Shown one piece after another: positions 1 through 7,803 of a stretch of DNA of 64,000 nt. The DNA comes from Gemmatimonadota bacterium (GTDB lineage: Bacteria; Gemmatimonadota; Gemmatimonadetes; Gemmatimonadales; GWC2-71-9). The position numbers were made by a program, and so were the translations under genes. Each line of letters begins with the position of its first letter. The first letter of the stretch is position 1. The notes beneath the pieces were generated by a model. It saw nothing but the letters and a program-made list of their open reading frames with translations, was not told where the DNA came from and searched no databases. The stretch is from assembly GCA_003221005.1 (NCBI GenBank), contig QHTZ01000079.1, positions 1 to 64,000 on the forward strand, read 5' to 3'.

Positions 1-124
1 GACTGCGCGGTCGCGAGCGCGAACGCGTGCATCACGAGGCGCCCGCCGACGCCGAGGAAGAGCGCACCGCTGACCATCCCGAGTAACAGGGCGGCCGCGA
101 AGCGGCTAAGCCGAGCAAGGTTCA
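1..124 (-). other. Possible 5' part of a small membrane-protein gene running off the window edge; frame irregular
   Basis: AGGAG precedes CTG-AAC. The frame reads LNLARLSRFAAALLLGMVSGA and a second frame continues FLGVGGRLVMHAFALATAQ. Hydrophobic, but it needs a frameshift and is truncated by the edge. Confidence 0.25.
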
Positions 125-132
125 GGCGTCTC

Positions 133-591
133 CTAGCCCGCCTCGACGAGCGCCGCGAGCTTCGCGAGTGACGACCGCCACCCGGCCTCGTTGTCGGCGG
201 GCGGCAGGCCTCGCGGTAGCCCATCGTGCACGGCGAGGACATCGGTGCCGCCGTCTGCATCGGCGAGCGCGATCGTGATCGTCATCTCGCCGCGCAGCGC
301 GGGATCTGTGGTCTCGAACTCGACCACTTCGACAACCCGTTCGTTCGTCACGAGCTTCACGAAGCGGCCGTGGTACGTGTCGGTGCGCGCGGTCGTCTTG
401 CCCCTCTCCGTCGGTGCGTCGTAGGTGAGCGAGATCCGGAAGGAGCCACCTTCGCGGGCGTCGAACGCATGGACGTGGCTGGTCATGCCGGTCGGCACCA
501 TCCACTGCGCGACCGCGCGCGCATCGAGCAGCGCACGATACACGCTCGCGCGGGGCGCGTTCACGCGGCGCCTGACGCGGGTCGAGCTCAT
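133..591 (-). CDS. SRPBCC/AHSA1-like domain protein
   Basis: 152 aa with RRVNAPRASVYRALLD...W...DAREGGSFRISL...GRFVKLV...GW pattern typical of Aha1/SRPBCC proteins. ATGA overlap with the upstream gene. Confidence 0.85.
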   Translation of the reverse strand: MSSTRVRRRVNAPRASVYRALLDARAVAQWMVPTGMTSHVHAFDAREGGSFRISLTYDAPTERGKTTARTDTYHGRFVKLVTNERVVEVVEFETTDPALRGEMTITIALADADGGTDVLAVHDGLPRGLPPADNEAGWRSSLAKLAALVEAG

Positions 592-1001
592 GGCTTAATC
601 AGCCGCTCAAGACCCTCCTTGTTTATCAGCTTCAGCCTGCTCTCCCCACCTTCCGCTATGACCTGGATGTATGTTGGGTCGGACTCGCCGCCAATCAGCA
701 GCCCAGCTCCGCGCTTGGATGCTCCGAGTTTTACGTTGGGCCGTCCATCCGGGCTCATCAACCGCAGCAGCACGGTTTCGGGATATGGCTTGCCGTTCCA
801 GATGACCTTGGGATCCTCCGGGAGTACGGACAGGCTCGCGCGAACTCTGCCACGGTCATCGACGATTTCGAGCGCGCGGCCGCGGATCACGGCCGGCACA
901 TCGACCGTCGCTGCCCCACTTGAATGAGGTTGAACCAATTGATACCCGAGGAGGCTTAGATTTGCGGCCGTGAGGACGATCAGCAGTCTCTGGGTTTCCA
1001 T
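588..1001 (-). CDS. Hypothetical protein with N-terminal signal/TM segment
   Basis: 137 aa; GAGGA upstream of the ATG; hydrophobic N-terminus followed by a beta-rich body (LEIVDDRGRVRASL). Confidence 0.7.
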   Translation of the reverse strand: METQRLLIVLTAANLSLLGYQLVQPHSSGAATVDVPAVIRGRALEIVDDRGRVRASLSVLPEDPKVIWNGKPYPETVLLRLMSPDGRPNVKLGASKRGAGLLIGGESDPTYIQVIAEGGESRLKLINKEGLERLIKP

Positions 1002-1044
1002 TGTGTTCCTCTACTTGTTCATGGCATTCTCTTGATCGAGCTCA

Positions 1045-1377
1045 TCACTTGGGTGGCAGAGAAGCAGCGTACTTGAGACTGGTGGTAACCCACTTCGCGA
1101 GCCCATCCGAGCGGGCTAGGCCTGGCGGCTGCACGAGAATCCAACCCTTCATCGGCCGGCCGCCCGATAGATCGAACACGCGCGTGTGAGGTTGCTTGAG
1201 CGCCCGGTTGGTGTCCTCGGGGTCAAGACGTACAATCATTTCCTGGCCGTGTACGCCACAGCACATGTTGCCGTGGAGCAGGAAGGCGAGGCCTCCGAAC
1301 ATGCGCTTCTCGGTGAGGCCGGGACGTTTGCCGAGTCGCTTGCGGATGCGAGTAGCGAGCTTTTCGTTGAAGGCCAT
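1045..1377 (-). CDS. TfoX/Sxy N-terminal domain protein
   Basis: EKRMFGGLAFLLHGNMCCGV...RPMKGWILV signature of TfoX_N. Confidence 0.85.
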   Translation of the reverse strand: MAFNEKLATRIRKRLGKRPGLTEKRMFGGLAFLLHGNMCCGVHGQEMIVRLDPEDTNRALKQPHTRVFDLSGGRPMKGWILVQPPGLARSDGLAKWVTTSLKYAASLPPK

Positions 1378-1385
1378 GGCTAACC

Positions 1386-1706
1386 CTAACGTTCCGGACC
1401 TACTCGCCGCGCTTCCCGTCCTTGCGCCAGCAGCCGTTCGGTGAAGTCGAGGCGCTCCTGCGCCTCAGTCAGCTCCTGCCGCTGCTTGCTCACTTCGGCT
1501 TCGAGCGCTTCGAGCCGAGCCTCGACATCGCTCCCGCCGGGGGCCCGCCGCAGGCGCTGGGCCCATAACCCGAACCCCAAAGCGAGCACCGCGTGAATCG
1601 TGGCATGCCACGGCTCGGTTGTTCCAGCCGCGAAGCCGGCTCCAGCCAAGTTGATGGCGGTTAGCACGAGGGCGATCGGGTACCAGATTGCGGGCTTGAA
1701 GGTCAT
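1386..1706 (-). CDS. Small membrane protein, 2 TM plus C-terminal coiled coil
   Basis: Two hydrophobic helices, then RLEALEAEVSKQRQELTEAQERLDFTERLL. Confidence 0.7.
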   Translation of the reverse strand: MTFKPAIWYPIALVLTAINLAGAGFAAGTTEPWHATIHAVLALGFGLWAQRLRRAPGGSDVEARLEALEAEVSKQRQELTEAQERLDFTERLLAQGREARRVGPER

Positions 1707-1711
1707 GGCGT

Positions 1712-1750
1712 GATCGCGCTTAAGGTGGAGGCGCTCCCCCGCATGCGCAA
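1712..1750 (-). repeat. Degenerate attC-like right-arm remnant (copy A)
   Basis: TTGCGCATGCGGGGGAGCGCCTCCACCTTAAGCGCGATC matches copy B at about 30 of 40 positions by hand alignment; intergenic. Confidence 0.5.
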
Positions 1751-1790
1751 CGGATGGCGAACCGGTGGTCGAGGCGAGCGGGCGCCACAG

Positions 1791-3251
1791 TCATTCCGCC
1801 CGAATGGACAACGCATGCCGGAAGACATTGCGCGGGTCCCACCGCGCCTTGATCCGCTGCAACCGCGGGTAGCTCGCCTTGTAATACAGTGTGTGCCAGG
1901 CCACGCCGGAGGTATTGAGCCTCGAGTCCGCGAGGTCGGCGTCGGGATGATTGATGAGCGCGCCATCATAGGTTTCGCCCGGGACCGGCACGCCCCCGCT
2001 CTCCACAAACAGATCCCGATAGAACGCCCGGACCCATGTCAGGTTCTTCGCCTCGACACGCGGATCCAGCCAGCCCGTGTTGCATGCCAGGTCGAGAATC
2101 GCATCGCGTTGGGCGGAGGCGGTGGCATCAAGCGCGACGGTATTGATTCGCCCACCATAGGTTGCGAGCCCCAACATCCCACCCATGACGTCGTGGTCGT
2201 TGCGGGTCAGATAATCGTATGCCACTCCCATCTGGCGATCCGTCAACGGTTTCTTCAGCAGCGCGTCCTTCACCGACATCCGCGCGAGCTCCTTGGCCTG
2301 CGGTGCGCCAGCCCCCTCGCCCAGCGCCGCGAGATGGTCATCCACCTGCCGCTCGGCGGCGGCGCCGGCCGTGCTCACACCGCGGATGATGATCTTCCCG
2401 AACTGCTTACGATGGAGCTCGAAGAGGGTCCACAGAGAGGCGTACGGGGAATCGGCCCCATTGTTTCGCTCGCACCAGGTCCCGTGGTTCCTGAGGAGGC
2501 GCAGGAAGGAGGGCTGGTCAATGTCGCCCCAGCTCCATTCCGCCTTGAAAGTAGTGATCGACTGCGGTGCGGGAGGCAACAACCTGGCGGGATCCTCGCC
2601 CGATGCGCCGGGCGACCTGAACCAGTACCGGGTGACGACGCCAAAGTTGCCACCGCCGCCGCCGGTATGCGCCCACCAGAGGTCGCGATGCGGGTCCGAG
2701 GTGTCCCGGGTCGCCACCACGCTGCTTGCCTGTCCGCGCTCGTCCACGGTCACTACCTCGACGGCGTACAGATAATCCGCCGCGAGGCCGAGCTCGCGGC
2801 AGAGGAAGCCAAAGGCACCACCGACCACATGCCCGCCCATGCCGATCTCGGGATATTCGCCGAGCGGTATCACTCCTCCCCACGTCTCGAACAGCGCCCG
2901 GAACGTCTCGCCCACCGTGGCGCCCGCTTCGACCGCCACGGCGCCCCTGGCCGCGTCGTAGTACACGCGCTTCATCGGCGAGACATCGATGATCACCCGG
3001 ACCTCAGGATCCGATACGAATCCCTCGAGGCAATGCCCGCCACTCGTCACGGCGAGGCGCCGTCCCTCCCGCACCGCCTCCGCTACCGCCGCTACCACCT
3101 CGTCGGTCGAGCTGACGAGCCGGACGTAGTCCGGGCTCGCGCGGAACAGCTTGTTGAAGCGCTTCCCGACCACCGTGAGATAGCGCGGATCGTCGGGGCC
3201 GATTTTGATGGATTCAATCCGCGTGTCGTCGGTCGTCTGTCGTGTCGACAT
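1791..3251 (-). CDS. FAD-binding oxidoreductase with BBE domain (AknOx/berberine-bridge-enzyme-like); probable short in-frame internal deletion
   Basis: SGGHCLE, GGGGGNFGVVT and YPRLQRIKARWDPRNVF motifs; GAGGAG SD before the ATG at 3251. Confidence 0.85.
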   Translation of the reverse strand: MSTRQTTDDTRIESIKIGPDDPRYLTVVGKRFNKLFRASPDYVRLVSSTDEVVAAVAEAVREGRRLAVTSGGHCLEGFVSDPEVRVIIDVSPMKRVYYDAARGAVAVEAGATVGETFRALFETWGGVIPLGEYPEIGMGGHVVGGAFGFLCRELGLAADYLYAVEVVTVDERGQASSVVATRDTSDPHRDLWWAHTGGGGGNFGVVTRYWFRSPGASGEDPARLLPPAPQSITTFKAEWSWGDIDQPSFLRLLRNHGTWCERNNGADSPYASLWTLFELHRKQFGKIIIRGVSTAGAAAERQVDDHLAALGEGAGAPQAKELARMSVKDALLKKPLTDRQMGVAYDYLTRNDHDVMGGMLGLATYGGRINTVALDATASAQRDAILDLACNTGWLDPRVEAKNLTWVRAFYRDLFVESGGVPVPGETYDGALINHPDADLADSRLNTSGVAWHTLYYKASYPRLQRIKARWDPRNVFRHALSIRAE

Positions 3252-3312
3252 CGTCTCCTCTCGAGCGCGCGGCACTCAAGGCTCCACTGGAACGATCAAC
3301 CGCGGCAGCGCC

Positions 3313-3687
3313 TCATTCGTTCGGCGGCGGCACACCGGTCTTCGTTCCCGTCAGGTAATGGTCGTAGAGCTCGCGAACGCGACGCCGAGTGAGGGCACTC
3401 AGGCAATTGAGGATGTCCACGTGTTGACGTCCCGCGGCACGGCACGTGAGATCTCGGTAGCGCTCCCACGCCGCTTGCGCGCTGTCGAGCAGGGCGCGAT
3501 TGGTGGTGACTCGTCGCGCCTCGTGAAGGTATTTGCTCAGGTTGCTCTTGGCTTCCGCAAGCACGCGAGAGGCGCACCGCTCCATGTCGACCGTGGTCTT
3601 AGCGTCGGCGCACGCCCGGGACGGGGCCTCCTGGGCAGTGACGCCCGAGGGCAGGAGAAGGAGGGTCACGAGGACGTGGCGGACCAT
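3313..3687 (-). CDS. Lysozyme inhibitor LprI-family secreted protein
   Basis: Signal peptide, then C..AKTTVDMERCA...SAQAAWERYRDLTC...C.SALTRRRV. Confidence 0.75.
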   Translation of the reverse strand: MVRHVLVTLLLLPSGVTAQEAPSRACADAKTTVDMERCASRVLAEAKSNLSKYLHEARRVTTNRALLDSAQAAWERYRDLTCRAAGRQHVDILNCLSALTRRRVRELYDHYLTGTKTGVPPPNE

Positions 3688-3730
3688 CAGACACACTCGA
3701 TCTCCGGGGGGCTGCCTGGCCGCGAGCGCT

Positions 3731-3880
3731 TCACCGGCCCACGATGATCAACGCCCCGGAGACGATCGCCAAAATCGCCATCACGGTGCTGAGGCCCGAG
3801 AAGCTGAAGTTCACGACCTGGATGAGTCCATGCACGACAAGCCAGATGCCTAACAGGAGCAGACCAAGGTTCTTCTTCAT
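3731..3880 (-). CDS. 49-aa two-TM membrane peptide (absent from the ORF track)
   Basis: Translated by hand: MKKNLGLLLLGIWLVVHGLIQVVNFSFSGLSTVMAILAIVSGALIIVGR*; purine-rich SD-like GGAAGGGA upstream. Confidence 0.7.
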   Translation of the reverse strand: MKKNLGLLLLGIWLVVHGLIQVVNFSFSGLSTVMAILAIVSGALIIVGR

Positions 3881-3908
3881 GAGTGACGTCCCTTCCGCTT
3901 GAGCCGTC

Positions 3909-3956
3909 GGCCTACGGATCGCACCTAAGCTGCGGGCGACTCGCTCGCTGGCGCAA
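3909..3956 (-). repeat. Degenerate attC-like right-arm remnant (copy B)
   Basis: TTGCGCCAGCGAGCGAGTCGCCCGCAGCTTAGGTGCGATCCGTAGGCC; it ends in an eroded GTTAGGC core just upstream of a small gene. Confidence 0.55.
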
Positions 3957-3970
3957 GGGCGCGGACACCC

Positions 3971-4136
3971 TTAGCCGCGTCGTTCTGCAAAACGCGTGAA
4001 CGCCTCCATGTGCCGACGGTGTGCGGCCCGAATGGCTCGCTGCGCGATCAGGCCAAATAGCTTGTTGACTGGACCGTTGAATCTGAAGACTTCCTCAGAA
4101 CGGCACATTGATATCGAGTTCGACGACACTCTTCAT
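3971..4136 (-). pseudogene. SRPBCC-family gene remnant with a large internal deletion
   Basis: MKSVVELDINVP (N-terminal strand) is joined out of frame to SEEVFRFNGPVNKLFGLIAQRAIRAAHRRHMEAFTRFAERRG* (C-terminal helix); the middle is missing. Confidence 0.6.
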
Positions 4137-4177
4137 CGGTGAGTCACTCTCTGCGCGACTGCGGCCTGGAGTCCCCA

Positions 4178-4210
4178 GCCTAAGCGGGTTGGGCCGAAGT
4201 TGCGGGGCGC
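4178..4210 (-). repeat. Degenerate attC-like right-arm remnant (copy C)
   Basis: GCGCCCCGCAACTTCGGCCCAACCCGCTTAGGC directly after the VOC stop codon; aligns loosely with copy B. Confidence 0.35.
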
Positions 4211-4618
4211 TTAGGACGAAGCACGCGCCGACGAGATCGTCAGCTTGAACCCGTCCGGGTCGCGCAACCGGAACATGCGCGCCCCCCAAGGCATGTCGGC
4301 GGGCTCCGATTCGAGCGTGCCGCCGCGCTGCTTGATCCGCTGCGCCATTTCGTCGACGTTCTGGTCAGTCGTCATCTGCAGCGAGAATCCCTCGCCCTTG
4401 GCCCGGTCCCATCCCTTGGCTCCGTCATCCAGATTGATCAAGATTCGGACGTCCCCGGCGCTGAGCGAAATCGCGCGCAGCGTTCCCTCGCGCCGATGCT
4501 CCCGCTCGACACTGAATCCGACCACATCGTGGTACCAGGCCAAGCTCTTTGCGAGATCCTTCACGGTCAGCGAGGCCGAGAGCGTGCGGGCACGGAAGGA
4601 CTCAGGTTCGGAGCGCAT
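4211..4618 (-). CDS. VOC/glyoxalase family protein
   Basis: LTVKDLAKSLAWYHDVVGF...EPADMPWGARMFRLRDPDGFKL. Confidence 0.9.
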   Translation of the reverse strand: MRSEPESFRARTLSASLTVKDLAKSLAWYHDVVGFSVEREHRREGTLRAISLSAGDVRILINLDDGAKGWDRAKGEGFSLQMTTDQNVDEMAQRIKQRGGTLESEPADMPWGARMFRLRDPDGFKLTISSARASS

Positions 4619-5195
4619 TGGTGCTCATGGATTCTCCTGCAGGGCTAATGGGCTTTGGGGCTACCGGCGTCTTCACGCCCTTGTTACGCGGCATCCCATC
4701 GCCCCGCCGTACCGGGCGCGTCGTGATCACGAGGCCGCGGACCCGCTCAGACCGCGATGCGGCGTTGGCTTGCGCCAGGTGGACCGTGTTGAGCAGCACC
4801 TTGTCCTCGGTCGCGAATGAGACGCCCAGCAATATGGCATGCCGTTCGCCGCCGGCCTCCCAGATGTTGCCTTGGATCGACACCGTGTCCGTTGACGGGT
4901 GCCGGGCCCCAAAACGGCGAGGGACCCCGTTAAATCGCAGCTGGAGGAGTCGCTGCTGCGGCTCCGGCTTGATCGCCCCGCGGTGCAGTCGGCAAATGGG
5001 GAACGCCGAGCTGTAGATGGGCTTGCCGTCGAGTGTGACGTCAAGAACGAGGGAGTCGCCGCCCGCGCAATCAGCGAACCAGTGCCAGACGACTTCGTCG
5101 CGGGCGGAAGTGGACGCCTGGCCAGACACGGACACGGGCACAAGCGCTAGGGCGAGCGCCGCACCGGGGGAGAGAAGCCACGCAGCGTGCTTCAT
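4602..5195 (-). CDS. Hypothetical secreted protein
   Basis: Real start probably MKHAAWLL at 5195 (signal peptide). The C-terminus PRNKGVKTP runs through an attC left-arm-like sequence. Confidence 0.6.
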   Translation of the reverse strand: MKHAAWLLSPGAALALALVPVSVSGQASTSARDEVVWHWFADCAGGDSLVLDVTLDGKPIYSSAFPICRLHRGAIKPEPQQRLLQLRFNGVPRRFGARHPSTDTVSIQGNIWEAGGERHAILLGVSFATEDKVLLNTVHLAQANAASRSERVRGLVITTRPVRRGDGMPRNKGVKTPVAPKPISPAGESMSTNALRT

Positions 5196-5254
5196 GAGAT
5201 GAATGTCGGCAATATGCGGCTGGGCGGTGGGAGTGCGCCAGCTACCGATTCCGG

Positions 5255-5857
5255 CTACCGCCGCATCCTCCGCCACACGAGCACCGCAAGCGCCACCAAG
5301 ACGACGAGCGCCACTCCGCCCAGCGCGCGGTTCAACCGCCCGAGGTGGGCCAACACGACCTCGAAGTTCGTCCCGAGGCGCATGACGAGAAACGTGAGCG
5401 CCCCGTACCACAACCCGGACGCGAGCGCGAGCGGAATCACCGCGCGCGCGGGCGCGAGCCCTGCGATCCCCGCGAACGGCGGCACCACCGCACGCCACAC
5501 CGGCAAGAGGCGGCTCAGGAAGATCCCGTAGGTCCCGTGGCGGTGGTACTCGCGCTCCAGGTGCGCCAGCACCGGCTCGGGGAGGAGCTTGCGCCCGATC
5601 GCCCCGCGGAACACCGCCCGGCCGTAGCGGCGCGCCAGATCGTACACGGCGGCCGCCGTGGCGACGTTCGCGCCCCAGCTGACTGCAAACACGGCCCAGC
5701 CGTCTAGCCTCCCCCGTCCCGCCAGGAAGGCGCCGAGCGCGACGGCGGTGTCGGCGGGGAGGGGCGGAAACACGTTCTCGAGGGCCGAGACGATCGCAAT
5801 CAGCCCGTACAGATAGCCGGTGGGTAGACCTTCGAGGAACTGCAGGAAATCGGTCAG
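5255..5857 (-). CDS. dedA: DedA family membrane protein (probable CTG start)
   Basis: LENVFPPLPAD and IFLSRLLPVWRAVVPPFAG motifs. The frame extends to a CTG at 5857 that overlaps the ispF stop. Confidence 0.85.
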   Translation of the reverse strand: MTDFLQFLEGLPTGYLYGLIAIVSALENVFPPLPADTAVALGAFLAGRGRLDGWAVFAVSWGANVATAAAVYDLARRYGRAVFRGAIGRKLLPEPVLAHLEREYHRHGTYGIFLSRLLPVWRAVVPPFAGIAGLAPARAVIPLALASGLWYGALTFLVMRLGTNFEVVLAHLGRLNRALGGVALVVLVALAVLVWRRMRR

Positions 5858-6330
5858 TGCGCCGGCTCCAGCACCGCCACCGCGATCGCCGCGATCCCCT
5901 CGCCCCGCCCAATGAATCCCATCTTCTCGTTCGTCTTCCCCTTCACCGACACGCTTGAGGGACCCGCGAGCAGCGCGCCCGCGAGCTTCTCACGCATCTC
6001 GTCCACGTACAGCGCGATCGGCGGCTGCTCGGCGATGACCGTGATGTCGGCGTTCACGAAGTGGAGGCGGAGCTCGAGCACCTGCAGGTACGCCTGGTTC
6101 AGGAGATAAATGGAGCTGGCGTTCTGCCACTGGGGATCGGTATCGGGGAACAGGGCCCCGATGTCCCCCAACCCGGCGGCGCCGAGCACCGCGTCCGTGA
6201 GCGCGTGCGCGACCACGTCCGCGTCCGAGTGGCCAGCCAGGCCCTGGGGGTGCGGAATCTCCACCCCGCCGAGGATCAGCTTGCGACCCTGAGTGAAGCG
6301 ATGCGAGTCGTAGCCGACGCCGACGCGCAT
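5854..6330 (-). CDS. ispF: 2-C-methyl-D-erythritol 2,4-cyclodiphosphate synthase
   Basis: RVGVGYDSHRF, GHSDADV, KGKTNEKMGFIGRGEG. Confidence 0.97.
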   Translation of the reverse strand: MRVGVGYDSHRFTQGRKLILGGVEIPHPQGLAGHSDADVVAHALTDAVLGAAGLGDIGALFPDTDPQWQNASSIYLLNQAYLQVLELRLHFVNADITVIAEQPPIALYVDEMREKLAGALLAGPSSVSVKGKTNEKMGFIGRGEGIAAIAVAVLEPAH

Positions 6331-6726
6331 CTAGATCTTGAGGATCCGGATCGCGAGCTGGGCGGCGTTCTTGGCGTTGTCGATCCCCACGGTGGCGACG
6401 GGCACGCCTGGGGGGACCTGCGCGGTCGCGAGCAGCGCGTCGAGCCCGTTGAGCGCGCCCACGGCGAAGGGGACGCCGATCACGGGAAGATCGGTGAGCG
6501 AGGCGGCGAAGCCCGGCAGCGCGGCCGAGAGCCCCGCCCCGGCGATCACCACCTTGAAGCCCTTCGCGCGCGCGCCCTTCACCAGCTCGGCAGTCTGATC
6601 GGGTTGGCGGTGCGCGGAAGAGACGTGGAGCTCGTACGAAATGCCCGCCTTGCTGAGCACTTCCAGGGCGGGCTCGATCCTCGGTTTGTCGCTGTCGGAT
6701 CCTACGATTATCAGCACCTCAGGCAC
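6331..6726 (-). CDS. purE: N5-CAIR mutase / AIR carboxylase
   Basis: GSDSD, SAHR, AGLSAALPG, PPGVPVATV. Confidence 0.93.
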   Translation of the reverse strand: MPEVLIIVGSDSDKPRIEPALEVLSKAGISYELHVSSAHRQPDQTAELVKGARAKGFKVVIAGAGLSAALPGFAASLTDLPVIGVPFAVGALNGLDALLATAQVPPGVPVATVGIDNAKNAAQLAIRILKI

Positions 6727-6759
6727 GTACCCTTCCCCCTTCCGCCGTCCCTCGCCCCC

Positions 6760-7803
6760 TCACGCGGCGTCGTCGAGGATCGTGTAGTCCTGCCTGCGCT
6801 GCTTGGGCGTATACCCCGCATCGGCGATGAGGCGCCGCATTTCGGGGAGCGTCAGGCGGTACGTCGTGCCCGCGGCGGACACGACATTTTCCTCCATCAT
6901 GAGCGAGCCGAAGTCGTTCGCCCCGAAGCGCAGCGCCACCTGGCCGATCTTCGGCCCCATCGTCACCCACGACGCCTGGATGTTCGGCACCTCCTCGAGC
7001 ACGATGCGGGCGATCGCCTGCGTTCGGAGGTAGGTCACCGCGTCGGTCTTCGGCATGTCCGCCATGGCGCTGTGCTCGGGCTGCAGCGGCCAGCAGATGA
7101 AGGCTGTGAAGCCGCCGCTGCAGCGCTGCACCTCGCGCACGCGGAACAGGTGCTCGATGCGGTCGGCCGTCGTCTCGCCGAGGCCGTACATCATCGTCAC
7201 GGACGTCCTCAAGCCGAGCCGATGCGCGATCTCCATCACCTCGAGCCAGCGGTCTGCACCCGCCTTTTTCCGGGCGACGCGGTCGCGGATCTCCTGTACC
7301 AGGATCTCGCCGCCGCCCCCGGGAATCGAGTCCAACCCCGCGGCCACCAGCTCCTTGATCACCTGTTGGATCGTCATCCCGAACCGCCCCGCGAAGAAGT
7401 CCACCTCGGAGGGCGAGAAGCCGTGGATGTGAATCGGGTGATTGCGCTTGATGTAGCGCAGCAGGTCGAGGTACCACTCGAACGGGATGTAGGGGTTGTG
7501 CCCGCCCTGCATCAGGATCTGCACGCCCCCCAGCGCCTTGACCTCGTCGATCTTGCGGCCGATCTCCTCGAACGAGAGGACGTAGCCCTCCGCGTGCTTG
7601 GGCCGGCGGTAGAACGCGCAGAACTTGCAGTCCGCGACGCACACGTTCGTGTAGTTGATGTTGCGGTCGATGATGTAGGTGACGACACGCTCGGGATGCA
7701 GCTTCCAGCGCGCCGCGTCGGCGAGCCCGCCCAGCTCGAGCAGCGACGCCCGGTCGTACAGCTCGACATAAGAGCGGAACTCGGACGAGGTGCGATCGAC
7801 CAT
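6760..7803 (-). CDS. mqnC: Cyclic dehypoxanthine futalosine synthase (radical SAM)
   Basis: IDRNINYTNVCVADCKFCAF, QASWVTMG, GANDFGSLMMEENVV. Confidence 0.93.
   Translation of the reverse strand: MVDRTSSEFRSYVELYDRASLLELGGLADAARWKLHPERVVTYIIDRNINYTNVCVADCKFCAFYRRPKHAEGYVLSFEEIGRKIDEVKALGGVQILMQGGHNPYIPFEWYLDLLRYIKRNHPIHIHGFSPSEVDFFAGRFGMTIQQVIKELVAAGLDSIPGGGGEILVQEIRDRVARKKAGADRWLEVMEIAHRLGLRTSVTMMYGLGETTADRIEHLFRVREVQRCSGGFTAFICWPLQPEHSAMADMPKTDAVTYLRTQAIARIVLEEVPNIQASWVTMGPKIGQVALRFGANDFGSLMMEENVVSAAGTTYRLTLPEMRRLIADAGYTPKQRRQDYTILDDAA

Noticed and set aside
1378-1392. GTTAGGG/GTTAGCC before tfoX as an attC core site
   Set aside because: Neither fits GTTRRRY exactly and there is no room for the rest of an attC; too weak to list on its own.
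6331-6726. Short 131-aa PurE as a truncation
   Set aside because: All catalytic motifs are present and the stop abuts the ispF start; short PurE forms are plausible.
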